Source of the DNA: Sarea resinae
Taxonomy: Eukaryota
Assembly: GCA_026026165.1 (NCBI GenBank)
Contig: JAPEUD010000072.1
Span: 1-64,000 of the forward strand
Reading direction: 5' to 3'
Length of the DNA stretch: 64,000 bases
Positions within the stretch are counted from its first letter, which is position 1. Each line of letters opens with the position of its first letter. The translations under genes were made by a program, and so were the position numbers. The notes below the pieces were generated by a model. The model did no database searches, had not been told where the DNA came from, and worked only from the letters and a program-made list of their open reading frames with translations. This document shows, one piece after another, positions 51,001-64,000 of the stretch.

Positions 51001-51838
51001 ATTTTTCATGACAGAGATAAAGCGAGACAGATTGTGAACCTCCCGATCGGGGTATCGCCCGTTAATGACACCAGATAGATAAAATAGCTTGGCGCCCTGA
51101 TACAGCTCACTCCAGAATCGATGCTTGAGTCTCTTCTTCGCTTGTCGCAGTGCGCTTGGCTTCCGGAAAAGATCGAGATGCGTGAGTATACCAAAGACGT
51201 TTCCGGGCATACCGCTTGTCGACAAAACGTTGAGGAATTCCATCGTTTCCATCTCGAAGCCGAAATTGCCATCAATCATGAGCAGTACGATATCCGCAAC
51301 CTTGGAGATATCAATCATGCTGGCTAAGGAGTCGGCAGGACATTCTATAAAGGTTAACCGCCGGCGCTTGGAGGTGACGACGGTCAGAGGACCCGCCGGC
51401 GAAGAAAGGCTGTGCTTGGTGTATCGTTTGATCAAAGACTTGATGAGCGTTGTTTTTCCAACCTAGATAAAGTCAGCGGAATGCCGAACGAAAAGCGGAT
51501 TCAACATACACCAGGTGGTCCAACGACAGCAACCACGATGGGTGGCGCCTCTTCTGGGAGGCGATCTACCAAAGGAACATGGAGCCGCTTCTCTTTGACC
51601 TAGTCGTCTGTTAGTCGCACATCTCTCTGAGGAGGTAGATCCACAAACATCGTGAGAGCGCGCTGCCTGTTTCTGAAGTCGGCCGGGATTCGCGAATGCA
51701 AATGCCTTGGGATTTGGCGCTGCGAGTAATCAGCGATGGGACGGCGCATTTGTCAATCGGCGGCAAAAGCATACCTCCAGCATGTGGCTTCTTCTTTTCC
51801 TTCGCTTTGCGATGAGGTCTATTGGATTGGTCCTCCAT
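48086..51838 (-). CDS. BMS1: Ribosome biogenesis GTPase Bms1
   Basis: VVGPPG|VGKTTLIKSL, DIVLLMIDGNFGFEMET, KRHRWHKKILKTNDPL, RMLKYTPEHMHC, MSDIVFLRAW; several introns. Confidence 0.97.
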
Positions 51839-52481
51839 CGCGACGGTGGCTATATTGCGATGAGCAGACTGTCTGCTCCGTTTCGAATGCTGTGCGAATC
51901 TGAGTACACAACTCGTTACATCTTCGAGAATTTTTGGAGTGGTCCGTGCTTGGAGAGTCGCTACGGCGAACCAGGGCTACCATTTGCGTCCTTCCCTATC
52001 GCTTATCCCCGGATAACCGATTCATGATGGAAATGATTAGATGATCGTGTCGACAACAAAAGCAAGATCATGCTGCATGATGACAATATCAGTGGTAATA
52101 ACCTCTGGGAATAGGGATTTCAGTTGATAGTCTATTCTGCATGTTTCAGCCTTTCTGGACACCACCGTCCAAGATTGCTGACTATGTAGCTACATGACTT
52201 GACGCCTTAGACGTGCTGCATGGCGCATCTTGATCAGCTGAAGGCCGCCGGCTATCGCCGCTAGGCGGGCGTGCGTCATCGAGGTCTGCCTGAACGAAAC
52301 CGGGCATCCTGGAGGGGCAGACCTCAGATATCATCGCTGATTCCCCACCATATTCTCTCCTCTTCACACATTCCCGTCCAGACAGTTCAGCTCCTCAAAC
52401 TCTCAACCTTCATAAATTGTCAATACGGCTTTCACTTTCATCTCACGAACTTTGAGACGTTAGATTCATTCACCCGCTAAG

Positions 52482-52864
52482 ATGCCTGTTGTCAACGTGA
52501 GTACCTATTCACTCCCCGGCAGATTATCAAGGCCTGGGGCTGAGATATATGCTCTGCTGCACAGGTTACACTCAAGAACCAGAGCGCTGGAAAGGAAGAG
52601 CTAGAAAAGTAAGGAACATGCAGTGCCCTTCAATCAGTAGCATACTGACTCTTGCAGGGCGAAGAAGACGGCGCAGGAACAAGGTGGCACCGACATCCAA
52701 GACTACAAGCTGATCAAAGGCTTCACGTAAGGCGTTTCTCGCAGAAGCCATATCAGATGCTAATCTATCTCTGCAGTGTCAACTTTCCAGCCGATAAAGT
52801 GAGTACGCTGGAATCGAACGAGCATGTCAACGTCGAGCACGATTCGGAATTTACCACCCAATAA
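52482..52864 (+). CDS. Small protease inhibitor, I9 family (Pbi2/POIA-like)
   Basis: Four micro-exons splice to MPVVN|VTLKNQSAGKEELEK|AKKTAQEQGGTDIQDYKLIKGFT|VNFPADKVSTLESNEHVNVEHDSEFTTQ. Confidence 0.8.
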
Positions 52865-54324
52865 GCTTCTCGATAGGTCCTTCGTCATATCAAGCTACTA
52901 TGAGCTACAATGAGCCACGATGAACTGCATGACAGTTGCTACCAAGGTTGGAGCATAAGGAGGGGCGGTTAGGGCACGCTGGCATGCGAGGATGGCGGGT
53001 TCGGCAATGACTTTCTGGATGTTTTCGATATACCCTACAGGTCGAATAGCATTACCAAAGTAATATCCCGGTTGCTTCAGACCTACCAAATCAGCGACTG
53101 AGATCCTGAGACCTTGAGTATTTAAGCCATCTATTACAGCAGCGTATGATCCAGTAATGTATTGCGTACCTGGCGATGTACTAGGTGGCCGACTTCGATG
53201 AAGGTATGGCCATCCAATTAAGGGAGTCCATTCGGTCACAATCAACTCCATGTCCAATGTGAGGTGCTGCACCTAAATAATATAATCTCAAGCAGAAGTT
53301 CAATCAGAGGGTGCTACCTTTAGCGATAGCCGTATGCGGCTGTCAGATCGTAGCTTGGTTGAAGCTCCCATTTCCTGGGACACAGCATGTTAAAGGAGTC
53401 ATTATTGCTGGTGGATAATATTTGAGAACATATACTGCTCAACGAACAAGTAAAACATTAGCAACCTGGCGCGGACTCATTTGAATACCGTATCGCACAG
53501 GTGTCAAAGTGGTCCATTGTATCAAGGTAGGTGGGCAGGTAGGTAAGGTAGCTCTGGGGTAAAGCTTGATGTGGTCCACGGTGTCACTCAATAATGATGC
53601 AAACCTCGTTGACTCGCCATGACGTTTGAAGCCCTGACGGACAAGGGTCTATGGTCAGGCAATAATAATAGCAATTTAAGATGCAGCCGTTACAACCGTT
53701 CATACCTAATTGACGATCCACACATAATTGGGTACTCAGGGGTTGGCTAGGGTTGTATTGTAAAGATCGCATTTGCAGATATCTGTTGGCGTGGCTACAA
53801 GTCGATCTACGAATTGCACGGTAAAGCCATCCCGCTTTACCCGGCCTCATGGGCAATTGAGACCAATCCGGAGAAAAGTATCTAGCTCGTAGTCACTCAC
53901 CCTGATTGTGGGCTCATCTACTCATCTGGTACTTCATCTGGGCCTGCAGCGCGGACGGTCTGGATCGATCGGCAAAGCCCTTAGCTCTGGAATTGACCTC
54001 ATGCGATTTCCGAGATATCCAGATCGCCGGAGAGGATGACGTTTATTGACGTTCATACATGTTCATGACCATGTTCTCAGTCGTGCTCTAGCATCAGTCC
54101 AAATTATGGAAACTCTCTGTGGGATCCTTATGAGAATCATCTCCACCATACCTTACCTACCTACTCTAGTCCCTCCATAGCGCCAGCTATATAGTTCAGT
54201 CCATTCCCTCCGCCAAATGCGATTTCCTTCATTTCATCCATCTCAATTACATACCTATTCGCTATTACCCCCAATAGACCTCATACCTCTCAGTTTCCGC
54301 GCTTCAGATTTGCAACAACCCATC

Positions 54325-55475
54325 ATGGCCTCCCCAGCAGTCGTCCGAGCAGTGAAGCCCTCTGCACGAGCTATCATCTCAGCTCCACAAGTTGCAAAGC
54401 TCTCTCAACCCACTGCTCGTCTCTTTTCGAGCAGCTCAAAACGCGTTTCCCTTCCTTCTAGTTCACCTGTTCGCTCCTCTCACCGGCAATTCCGCGCCAA
54501 CTTCTCCACAAGCAAAATCACCCAGGCCCCGGTAGGTGCTCGTCTCGAGGGCCGAACGGCCATCATCACTGGTTCGTCTGCCGGTATCGGCCGTGCCATT
54601 GCACTTGCCTACGCCCGTGAGGGTGCCAACGTGGTGTGCTCCGACCTCCAGGCAGGTGGCGGGAAGGAGCTGGCAACGCATGAGCAAATAAAATCGAACG
54701 GTGGAAAGGCCCTCTTCGTCAAGGCCAACGTTGCCGAGACCGAAGACGTGAAGAACTTGGTGGCTAAGGCTGTGGCCGAATATGGCCGTTTGGATATGTA
54801 AGTTATCGTGTCAACTATTTAGCAATCGAGGCTGATTCCTAGCAGTATGGTCAACAACGCAGGCGTCCTGCCCGAAGCTAAGAACCCGAAGTCAGTGCAC
54901 GAGCTCGACGAAAAGGTTTTCGATCAGACCATGTCAATCAATACGCGCGGTGTCTTTTTGGGCAACAAGTACGCTATTCAGCAGTTCCTGAAGCAGGAGC
55001 CCCAGCCATCCGGTGACCGTGGCTGGATCATCAACCTCTCTTCGATCCTGGCTTTTGTTCACTTCCCCAAAGTTTGTAAGTATAAACGATCCTAGCCCCA
55101 CGGCAGTCTTGACTGACTCTTTCCAGTCTCTTACTGCGCATCGAAGGGCGCTGTCCAGCAGATGACCAGGCAGGTGGCTGTCGATTACGCTCCCCACCGC
55201 ATCCATGTCAACTCCGTCAACCCTGGCTGTAAGTCTGCTCCATGCGATTGATACTGTAACAAGCATCTGATTGGATTCTAGTCACCGAGTCAGCCATGAT
55301 CGAGTCTTTGACCGACGATCCAGAAGCGGGCAAGAAGCTTTCGGACTCGCACCCCTTCCGCGGTCTCGGCCACCCAGAAGATATCGCCAATGCGGCTGTC
55401 TTCCTTGGCTCGGACGACGCGAGCTGGGTTACTGGCATTGCCCTTCCAGTCGAGGGTGGCTATCTTGCGAAGTAA
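54325..55475 (+). CDS. Short-chain dehydrogenase/reductase with mitochondrial-type presequence
   Basis: TGSSAGIG, NNAG, YCASKGA, VNSVNPG; three introns; R/S-rich N-terminal extension. Confidence 0.92.
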
Positions 55476-55690
55476 ACGAATACGGCGTACGATTCTGCAA
55501 GGAACGGAGTTGGTGGCCTGATCATATGTACGATTGTAAAGTAATATAGATAAATCAACAAGTCACATATTATCAAATACGCCCAGTTACCTTAGATAGG
55601 AACAGTCTTGGAACTCCAGCTGTTCTTTGTTTCGGTGGGGAAGGGTATTCACCGCCGTAGAGTGATCATGTGACGAGGCGCCGATTTGCT

Positions 55691-55796
55691 CGCGTCGTAG
55701 CCGGGTCAATGATGCAACCACTTCACTTCCTCTGGTGACGACTTGTTTGCACGCCAAAAGAACGCGGTAGACAAAGTACCCCGGCGCGTCCACGCG
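55691..55796. promoter_or_regulatory. Cluster of four MCB cores (ACGCG/CGCGT) upstream of the SNF2 gene
   Basis: CGCGT 55691, ACGCG 55762, CGCGT 55785, ACGCG 55792; all within 200 bp of the ATG at 55882. Confidence 0.5.
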
Positions 55797-55881
55797 CTCC
55801 ACTTGACACTCACCCACAACTCTCACCACTGCCTCAACACCGTGAATCTGGATCATCCTGAGATATCTAACCGAGCCAATT

Positions 55882-58734
55882 ATGAGGTCCTGTCCAGATA
55901 CCACGTCCCAAGGGACTGATTCACCTTTAGATACGAGTGCTGCTACCTCACCTCTTTCCGCCGAGTCTCAAGATGACCTGAAGAAAGAACCGGGGCTGGG
56001 CCCCACGGAGACGATGGTGCAGGTGGAGGAGGAGATGAGGAAGGAGGGAGAAAAGATAGAACAGGAGAGACTGCGTCTAGCTCAAAAGAGCTGGGAGGCT
56101 GAGGCGGGTTCTCAAGGCCAAGAAAAGGCTGTCAACGACAAGCTACGGAAGCTTAATTACCTCTTGAACCAGAGCGAAGTATGAAATCGTCCATGCATTG
56201 AAGGAATCGAAAACCTCTAACAATGCAACTAGGTCTATGTGAACATACTTGCGAGCAAGATGCGCGAACAACGAGAAGTTGAAGCCGCGAAATCGAACAA
56301 GGAGAGAGGTCGAGCAATCAAGCGGGAAGAAGCCGCCGAGAAGGCAGCCGAATCTTCTCAGAGAAGAGTAACCCGCGCTGCAGCTACCACAGGGTCCGGA
56401 GCGACGAATAACAACGTCCCGAAAGAATCAAAGACAAAGCAAACTCTTCCTCGAGGGAAGGGCAAGAAACAGGCCGGTGTTATGAACCTATCGGATCTCT
56501 TCTCCAAAGATGATAAACTTGAGGCCAAGGCTGGGGACGTTCCCGTCTCTGAAGCTCTCGAAGTCGCTGCTCAGGAAGAGACCCAGTCTTCTGCCATTGG
56601 AGCACATGATCTGCGCCCTGCACGTCAGCCTGACTTGATGATTGGAGGCACCATGCGTGGATACCAATTGGAAGGCTTGGAGTGGCTTAAAAACCTTTAT
56701 GAAAATGGATTGAACGGCATCTTGGCTGATGAAATGGGATTGGGAAAGACGATCCAAACGATTTCTTTCATAGCATTCCTCAGATCCATGAAGGTTAATG
56801 GGCCTTTTCTCATCGCAGCCCCTATGACCACTCTGGATAATTGGGTCCAAGAATTCGAGAAGTGGACTCCTACAATCACAGCTATCGCCTATATTGGTTT
56901 GCCAGCCGAGCGAGAGGCCCTCCGAACTAAATACTTCGGTAATTGGAGCAGCGATCAATTCCCCGTCATATGCACATCTTACGAAATCTGCATGAACGAC
57001 CAAAAGTATCTAGCTAAACTTGGCTGGAAGTTCATTATCATCGTACGTTCCCTCGTTGATGGAGTATTTGCCGTTTGAAGCTAATTCCCAAAATTCAGGA
57101 CGAGGCCCATCGTCTCAAGAACTTCAACTGCCGACTCATTCGCGTCCTGAAGACATTTGAGTCCGGGAATCGTTTGCTTATTACTGGGACACCTCTCCAG
57201 AATAATCTAGCCGAGCTTTGGTCGCTGCTGAACTTTCTCATGCCTCAGATCTTTGATTCGCTCGAGTCCTTCGAAGACTGGTTCGACTTCTCTGCCATAC
57301 AAGAAAAGGAAGGTTCAAAAGCGCTGTTGGCGGAACAAACCAAGACCAAGCTCGTACAAAAAATCCATGCAATCCTGAAGCCCTTCTTATTACGACGAGT
57401 CAAGACAGACGTGGAGGCTTCGTTGCCAAAGAAACGAGAGTACATTCTCTACGCTCCTCTCACCAACGCTCAAAAGGAGCTTTATGGCGAGATTCTCAGC
57501 GGCAACAGCAGGTCGTACTTAGAGGGCAAGGCCGTTGAAAGCCTCAGCAATAATAATACCGGGATGCTCCAGCACACGAACAGTGTAGTCCAGAAGAGGA
57601 AGGCGGGAAGTGGGACATCGACCCCGATAAAGAGCGCCAAATCGAGCAGAGATTGCACACCGGCCAGTGGTCTGAGAGGAACCAGATCTAAGAAGCGCCA
57701 AAGCTACAGAGAAGTTGGCGATACGGAGTTCTTCAAGAATTGCGATAAGCCGGACGATGAGGTACCGATCAACGAAGAAGAGCAAGAAGAAATCGATCGT
57801 GCCAAAACAATCGCAGCAGCCAGTAAGTCATATCGAAATGGGCGTTTTCCCTCGGTTTTCTTGTACTAAACAGTCCAATCTAGAAAAGCAAATTGCGAAC
57901 AAGAAGCTTCAAAATCCTATCATGCAGCTCCGGCTCACCTGCAACAGCCCACACAACTTCTACTGGCCCTGGTCCGAGTCAGAAAATCCAGACCGCACAC
58001 TCATCACCGAATCTGGTAAAATGCTTATCCTTGAGCGTCTCGTTCCCGAGCTCATCGAGAAAGGGCACAAGATCTTGATTTTCTCCCAGTTCAAGACTCA
58101 GCTAGACATCCTCGACGACTGGGCCCAGATCCTACATGATTGGCCTATTTCCCGGATCGATGGTGCTGTCAAGCGAGGCGATCGTACAAAAGCGGTCTCC
58201 GCCTTCAATACTGAATCCAAAGTCAAGCTATTCCTTTTATCCACTCGCGCCGGTGGTCAGGGTATCAATCTCACAGCTGCAGATACGGTCATCATCTTTG
58301 ATAGTGACTGGAATCCTCAGCAAGATCTTCAAGCTCAAGACCGCGCCCATCGCATTGGTCAAACGCGTCCTGTCATAGTCTACCGCCTTGCGACAAAAGG
58401 TACTGTCGAGCAGACCCTTCTCGAAAAAGCAGATGGCAAGCGTAGACTCGAGAAGCTCGTTATCCAAAAGGGCCAATTCCGCTCTTTGACGGGACAGGCC
58501 AATGAGGAGAGCACGTCTGCCGAGCTTCAGCGTCTGCTGCTTACGGACGACTTTGAAAAGTTCGACTTGCCCAACGCAGATGGAGGAGAGCTACTGAGCC
58601 AGCGTGATCTGGACATTCTTACAGATCGTAGTGAGGCGGCTTATCTGAGAGCTGAAAAGGGCGAGGATACTGGTGAGGCGTTCAAGACCGTCGAAACGAA
58701 GAATGAGGGTACCGATGGAGTCTTGGCTGCATAG
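55882..58734 (+). CDS. SNF2-family chromatin remodeller, LSH/HELLS/DDM1 (IRC5) type
   Basis: YENGLNGILADEMGLGKTIQTI, DEAHRLKN, TGTPLQNNL, LRRVK, FLLSTRAGGQGINL, QAQDRAHRIGQ; three introns. Confidence 0.9.
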
Positions 58735-59253
58735 TCGGGAGTCATGATGGATTTCTTTGAATGTTTCATTCCATTAGCTAGTCTCACGGCATCGCCATTT
58801 TCACCGTTTACGCATCGGCGGCGTCTTGGTCTCAATGGGGCCGGTGTTGAGCAGGTATCATTGGCATCTGGGCGGATTTATGCGAACGGTCAACATCAGG
58901 TAGCATGCTAGTTCTTTAGTAATCTCATAGTAAAACTTCTCCAAGTTGGATTGAATGCCGACACTCTAGGAATGACTTGCGATAGTATTAACGATCCTCC
59001 ATTACTGCTACCGTGCTTTCGAGTCGAGCCCGTGGTTCGGCATCACGGTCCATTACCCGGTGAATGGATCTGTGCATCCCCGACCTAACGCAACGCAACG
59101 CAACGTCAGCCCAAGCCTCAGTTCCGTGTCCGGCCAACTCCATATCCGATACCACAACAACAGTATAAGCCTCCGATCCAGTTCAATTTGACTACCCACC
59201 TCTCTTCTTTCCTCCTCCTCGACCGGCCTCAAACGCTCGCCCACAGGACAATC

Positions 59254-60808
59254 ATGACGGACAAGAAAATCGAGCAATGGGAAGTGGAGCGGTACTGGGA
59301 GATCTTCTCGTCGCTGGCCGAGGGGGGCAAGTACCTGTCCGGCGCACAGGCGGCGACGGTGCTCAAGAACAGCCAGCTGCGCGATGACCAGCTCGAGAAA
59401 GTCTGGGATCTGGCTGACGTCGACAACGATGGCAGTTTGGACTTTGAGGAGTTCTGTGTGGCGATGAGATTGATCTTTGATCTGGTCAATGGGGTAAGTC
59501 GCACTGTTATTCTACGCTCTTCCTCTTGTGTTCAAGCGACTTCGTTGCCAATGTCCGCCTGTCCTTATTATGCGTCCTCGAGGTAGAGTGCCGGGATCAT
59601 GGCAATATGCGAGTGGCCGCGGAGCACACCATCGATGAGAATACAAGAATTGATCATATCATGACAGGAATACATGGACGTGCCGTCGACGCTGCCAGAC
59701 TGGCTGGTGCCGGAATCCAAAGCGCATCTCGTGCAAGCCAACAGGGCACTCACAGGCCGCCAGCCGCAATTCGAGCGCGTCGATGCCGACGACGACGACA
59801 CGCCCGGATTGAAGGATGGCTTTGACTGGTATATGAGTCCGGCGGACAAGGGCAAGTACGAGGAGATCTACTCTGCGAATAAAGACGGAAGGGGGGAAGT
59901 CTCCTGTAAGCATATTCCCCTGGCTCTGTTCCAGCGCCTCCCACTTCTGGTGCAGCTATATGCGGACCGCGTGTAATCGAGAGGCTGATTGAATGAACAC
60001 AGTCGACGCCCTAACACCCCTCTACGCCTCCCTCGACGTCCCCGACACGGACATCTCCTCTGCGTGGAACCTCATCAATCCGTCCGCCTCGCCCTCGCTC
60101 CCAAAAGACCCGATCCTAGCCTTCCTGCACATCCTCAACAACCGACACGAAGGATACCGGATCCCGCGGACGGTACCGCCGTCGCTGCGCGCATCGTGGC
60201 AGCAGAACCAAATCGACTACAACGTCTCGCGCACGTCGTCGCCGTCGTCGAGCGCAAGCCGGAACCGCTGGGCCGAGTCGCAGAACGACAGCAACACGTC
60301 GTCCGGGCGCAAGGCCAAGTTCGGCGACACGTATCTGTCGCGTCTCGGGCTCGGGGGCGCCGGGTCCGGCAACACGGCCAAGGGCACGGACTTTTCGCAC
60401 ACGAAGACGAGCGAGGACTGGGAGGAGGTGCGGCTCAAGAAGTCGCTGGCGGAGCTGGAAGCCAAGATCGAGCGCGTCGAGGCCGAGGCGACGAGGAAGC
60501 GCGAGCGGCGGAATAATGGCGCCGGGGCCGGTGTCGAGACCAGCAAGCCCGCCCTCATCAAGCGCGAGCTGGAGCAGCTGCTCGAGTATAAGCGGCGCGA
60601 GATGCGGGCCTTGGAGGATGGTGGCGGTGGTGGCAAGAACGGGGCCAAGGGTCGGGATGGCGGGCTCCGGGCTGTCGAGGAGGAGATTAGGGCGGTGCGG
60701 GAGCAGGTCGAGGGGCTGGAGGAGCATTTGCGGAGGAGAGAGTCCGTGCTTAGTGGGCTGAGGGACGAGATTGACGAGGAGAAAAGGGCGGGGACTGGGC
60801 GGTCGTAG
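59254..60808 (+). CDS. END3: Endocytosis EH-domain protein End3
   Basis: [19 protein letters not shown]-hand [39 protein letters not shown]; two introns. Confidence 0.93.
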
Positions 60809-61795
60809 TCGTGTCGTGTTGTGTTGTGTTGTGTTGTGCTGGACTGGGAAGGTTGGCTGGACTGGGCTGGATTGGGCCGGGACAGGGGCTTGGGCTCGGG
60901 TGTGTGAAGGGGATTCTTTCAACCCTTTCTTTTCGTTGTACGCATCTCGCTCATCTCATCATTGTATCATAGCTTGCCTGGCTGCCTTTTTCCTCTGTCT
61001 TCATTCTCTCTGTCTATTCCCCCTTCCCGTTCCTCTTCCCCTTCCTCGTCCTCTTTCTCTTCCTTGTTCTTCTTGTTGTCAAATTCCAGCCTCATATTCC
61101 AGCCTCATATTCAGCCTCAGCCTCATACTCAGACTCCGGCCTAATACTCATACTCAGACTCAGACTTGGTGGTCATCCCCTTCTCTAACGCAGCCGACCT
61201 CCTTGTCTTCTATGATTTCCTATACGTGGATGGACACGGCGAACGTAACTTTGTATATGTGCTAAAGTACGAAATTTCATTTCATTTCACGTTATTTGAT
61301 TTCAGCACAATAAGGCCTGGAGACCTCACTAGACTTTCACAGACAGACAAAGTGACAGACAGACAGATAAGCAGGCAGACACAGGAAACGGCAGCATCCT
61401 TGATTGAAAGATATCTGATAGATTGGTGTGCCATCACATTCACACTCATTCAGAGCTTTCTCTACGGATGATGAATGCTAAAGGGCAATTGAATGCAACG
61501 ACAAAACACACGAACAAATGAACGGACGGATACAAACGCCAGATACATGCTGATGATAGGGACGCCGAGCCTAGCCCAGCCGAGCCGGGCCGAGCCGGGC
61601 CTTGCCTGGCCCTTATTCCCCGTGACTGAGATTTAAATTTCCCCCTGCGCGACTGATATGCCCCATCCCTCTCCCTTCGTGCCCGCCGTTGCCGTTGGGA
61701 ATTAATGCGAAAAATGCAACATAGGTAGATGACTGACAGAAGAAACCGACAAACAATAGACAAGACTACGGTACAGATCCAGCGATGCAAATCAA

Positions 61796-64000
61796 TCACA
61801 TATTGGCGAGTTCGTTGTCGATCTGGCGGTCCAGGAAAGTACGGCGCTCGCCAACCAGCTCCGTCTGTAATCTCTGCTCGACCAACGCACGAACTAAGAC
61901 CAAAGTCAGCAAAAGCACATATAACGGCCAAGAGATTGAAAAAATGCTCACCTTGTTTCTTGGTGACGGTATCGAGGTCCACCTCAGCCAGACATTGCTG
62001 GATAGCCTCGACGATCAACCCATCATCCGGCCCCTGCTGCGCCCGTTGGAAGTCGACGGTACTAACGGGTCTGCTACCACCATATCCCAAGGGACTGCGG
62101 CTGGTTCTTGGCGGCGGCGACTGCATGCCTAACAGATTCTCGGAGCTCGCGGGAAGGCCTACGACGCTGTTTCGCTGACCATATGGATTGTCCTGATAAT
62201 GTTCGCTGACCCCCGCTGTCGAGTACGGGCGTTGGTACGGTCCCTGGGGCGCTTGGTCGGTGTAATGACCTAGGTTGGAGTATGTTGACTGTCGGGTCGG
62301 TGCGCCGCCGAACTGGGCGGGAGATTGCGGCGGCATATAAGGCTGTGCTTGATGAGGGAACCCGGTGAGAACGGTCGAGGCTGGCTTCACAGAAGAGTAC
62401 ATAGAATGCATATCGTCCATTTCGTAGGCATTGTCAGTGTACCCGCCTTGCATGTCCTTTTCCATTCCCGGAATCACGCCACGGCGGCCAGGAAGATTGT
62501 TGTTTAGAGCGTAGTCATCCCATCGTTGTAGCGGGATGGAACGTGGATCAAATCCTTCATCCTCGAGAGCGATGACCTGTTTGTTGCCCTTCTCGGCAAT
62601 GACAATGCGAGTGTTTCCCCACGAGAAATTGTCCTGTTGCCAGAACGAGTATATTGGCAGAACGAAAGAATATATAGGGAAGGCCATCAGATAGATGAGC
62701 ATCCATCCCACATGCTGCCACTGCCGGTGAAGGATGAAGATGAGTGCCTGGAGACCGTAGACGACAGCGATCATGATGATCGAAATCAGTGGAAACTGGC
62801 CCGAGTGGGATGCCACACGGTAGATCAGATAACCCATATACCCGCAAGTGGCTGGAAGGATAATCGTTCCGAACAAGTCGATGAAGACGACGAAACGCAT
62901 GCTGAAACAGCAGAACCCACACATGTCCTTTATGAAGACAAGTTCGGCCAAATTATGGATGGTGGAGTTGATCCAACGTCGCCTCTGAGAGAGCAAGACA
63001 CTCCATGTCTCGGGAGCTGCTGTGCTGGCGTACGCATCCGGAACGAACTTGTAGGACATGAGGGGGAAGTGTTTGGTCATCAGCGTGGTCAGGTATCGAT
63101 CTTCACCCAACGCTAAGAGGTTTTTCTTGTGTAGAGTATCGACCTCACAGTCACTATACTCATCAAGGATCTTGTTAGAGATGATCAGAGGTTTGCCCTT
63201 GTCGGCTGTGCGCAAGCGATACATGCAGAAACTGTGAGAACGTTAGCGTGCGATTTTCGAGAACCCCAGAAAGACTCACCATCCCGGAAGGCAGGTAACA
63301 CTGCCAAACAAACTCTCGAAAGCTTTGGCCAAATGATGGGAGATGTAGTATTCATACACCTGGATCATGGTCCACCAAGTCCTATCCTCGTTTTGCAAGC
63401 TTGTCTCTCCACAGATACCGGCAATTTTCGCATCATTCGCGCAGCTAGCCACTAAACGGTTCAAGGAGTCTTCTTTGACGCTTGTATCTGCATCGACCAT
63501 GAAGACGTATTCATATAGCTCGGGATCGACACCGATAATGTTGTTGATCTGGTGAAACATCTCTAACTCGAGCGGTGACATGGACGATCGATGGTGGACC
63601 CGGTTGAGGAAGCTGAGCAATAATATTTGCGAGTCACGCTTTCCGCGATTCCCTGGCTTTGCTTTTGTTTGTTCCGATTCCTTGCCGACCTTGACGACGA
63701 CAATATAAGGCACCACATTTCCTTCAAATTCGTACAGTCCAGAGTAGACCTTGCCATAGTTGAGTTGTTCGCTGCCTTGCCCGACTGACTTGAATGGCAG
63801 CGCAGGTGGGTCAATCTTTGGATCCACTCCAAGGATGTCAAGAACAATTTTGGGAGTCGGCCTGTCGTTTCCACCGCCCACAATCATACCATCACAGATG
63901 ACACAGATAAGTTTCCTCTTATTATCGTACTGAAGAGCTGTCAAAGAATCTAGTCCCTGGCGTAGCTGGTCCTCTCCCTCGGTATAAGCAGGGACCTGAC
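61796..64000 (-). CDS. Chitin synthase, class V/VII (class VII-like), 3' portion; continues beyond the window
   Basis: [34 protein letters not shown]-terminal DEK-C-like domain ([18 protein letters not shown]). Confidence 0.95.

Overview
Filamentous ascomycete (Pezizomycotina-like) genomic DNA with GT-AG introns and CTAAC branch points, in two compartments. (1) About 1-16 kb is an accessory, RIP-mutated region. It holds one single-frame ~1,550-codon pseudogene (4976->~300, minus strand) with the architecture Zn-finger/DUF3505-like N-terminus + putative tyrosine-recombinase catalytic domain + RecQ helicase + Cys-rich C-terminus. That gene is bracketed by degenerate direct repeats carrying a 19-bp palindrome, with a third palindrome copy inside the gene. 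The region also has a Vps4-like AAA+ pseudogene, several orphan genes or relics, tandem repeats and, at its edge, a BTB-domain gene. (2) About 18.7-64 kb holds ordinary intron-containing genes: SDR, AhpD-like PTS1 protein, SCOT, dienelactone hydrolase, MFS transporter, MAPEG, Ppo-type dioxygenase-P450, ACH1, SEC5, IDH2, Whi5/Nrm1-like, BMS1, I9 protease inhibitor, SDR, LSH/IRC5-type SNF2, END3 and the 3' part of a class V/VII chitin synthase. The most interesting signal is the candidate recombinase-helicase mobile element. All assignments come from motif recognition and manual translation; no searches were run, and intron-containing genes are given as start-to-stop spans.
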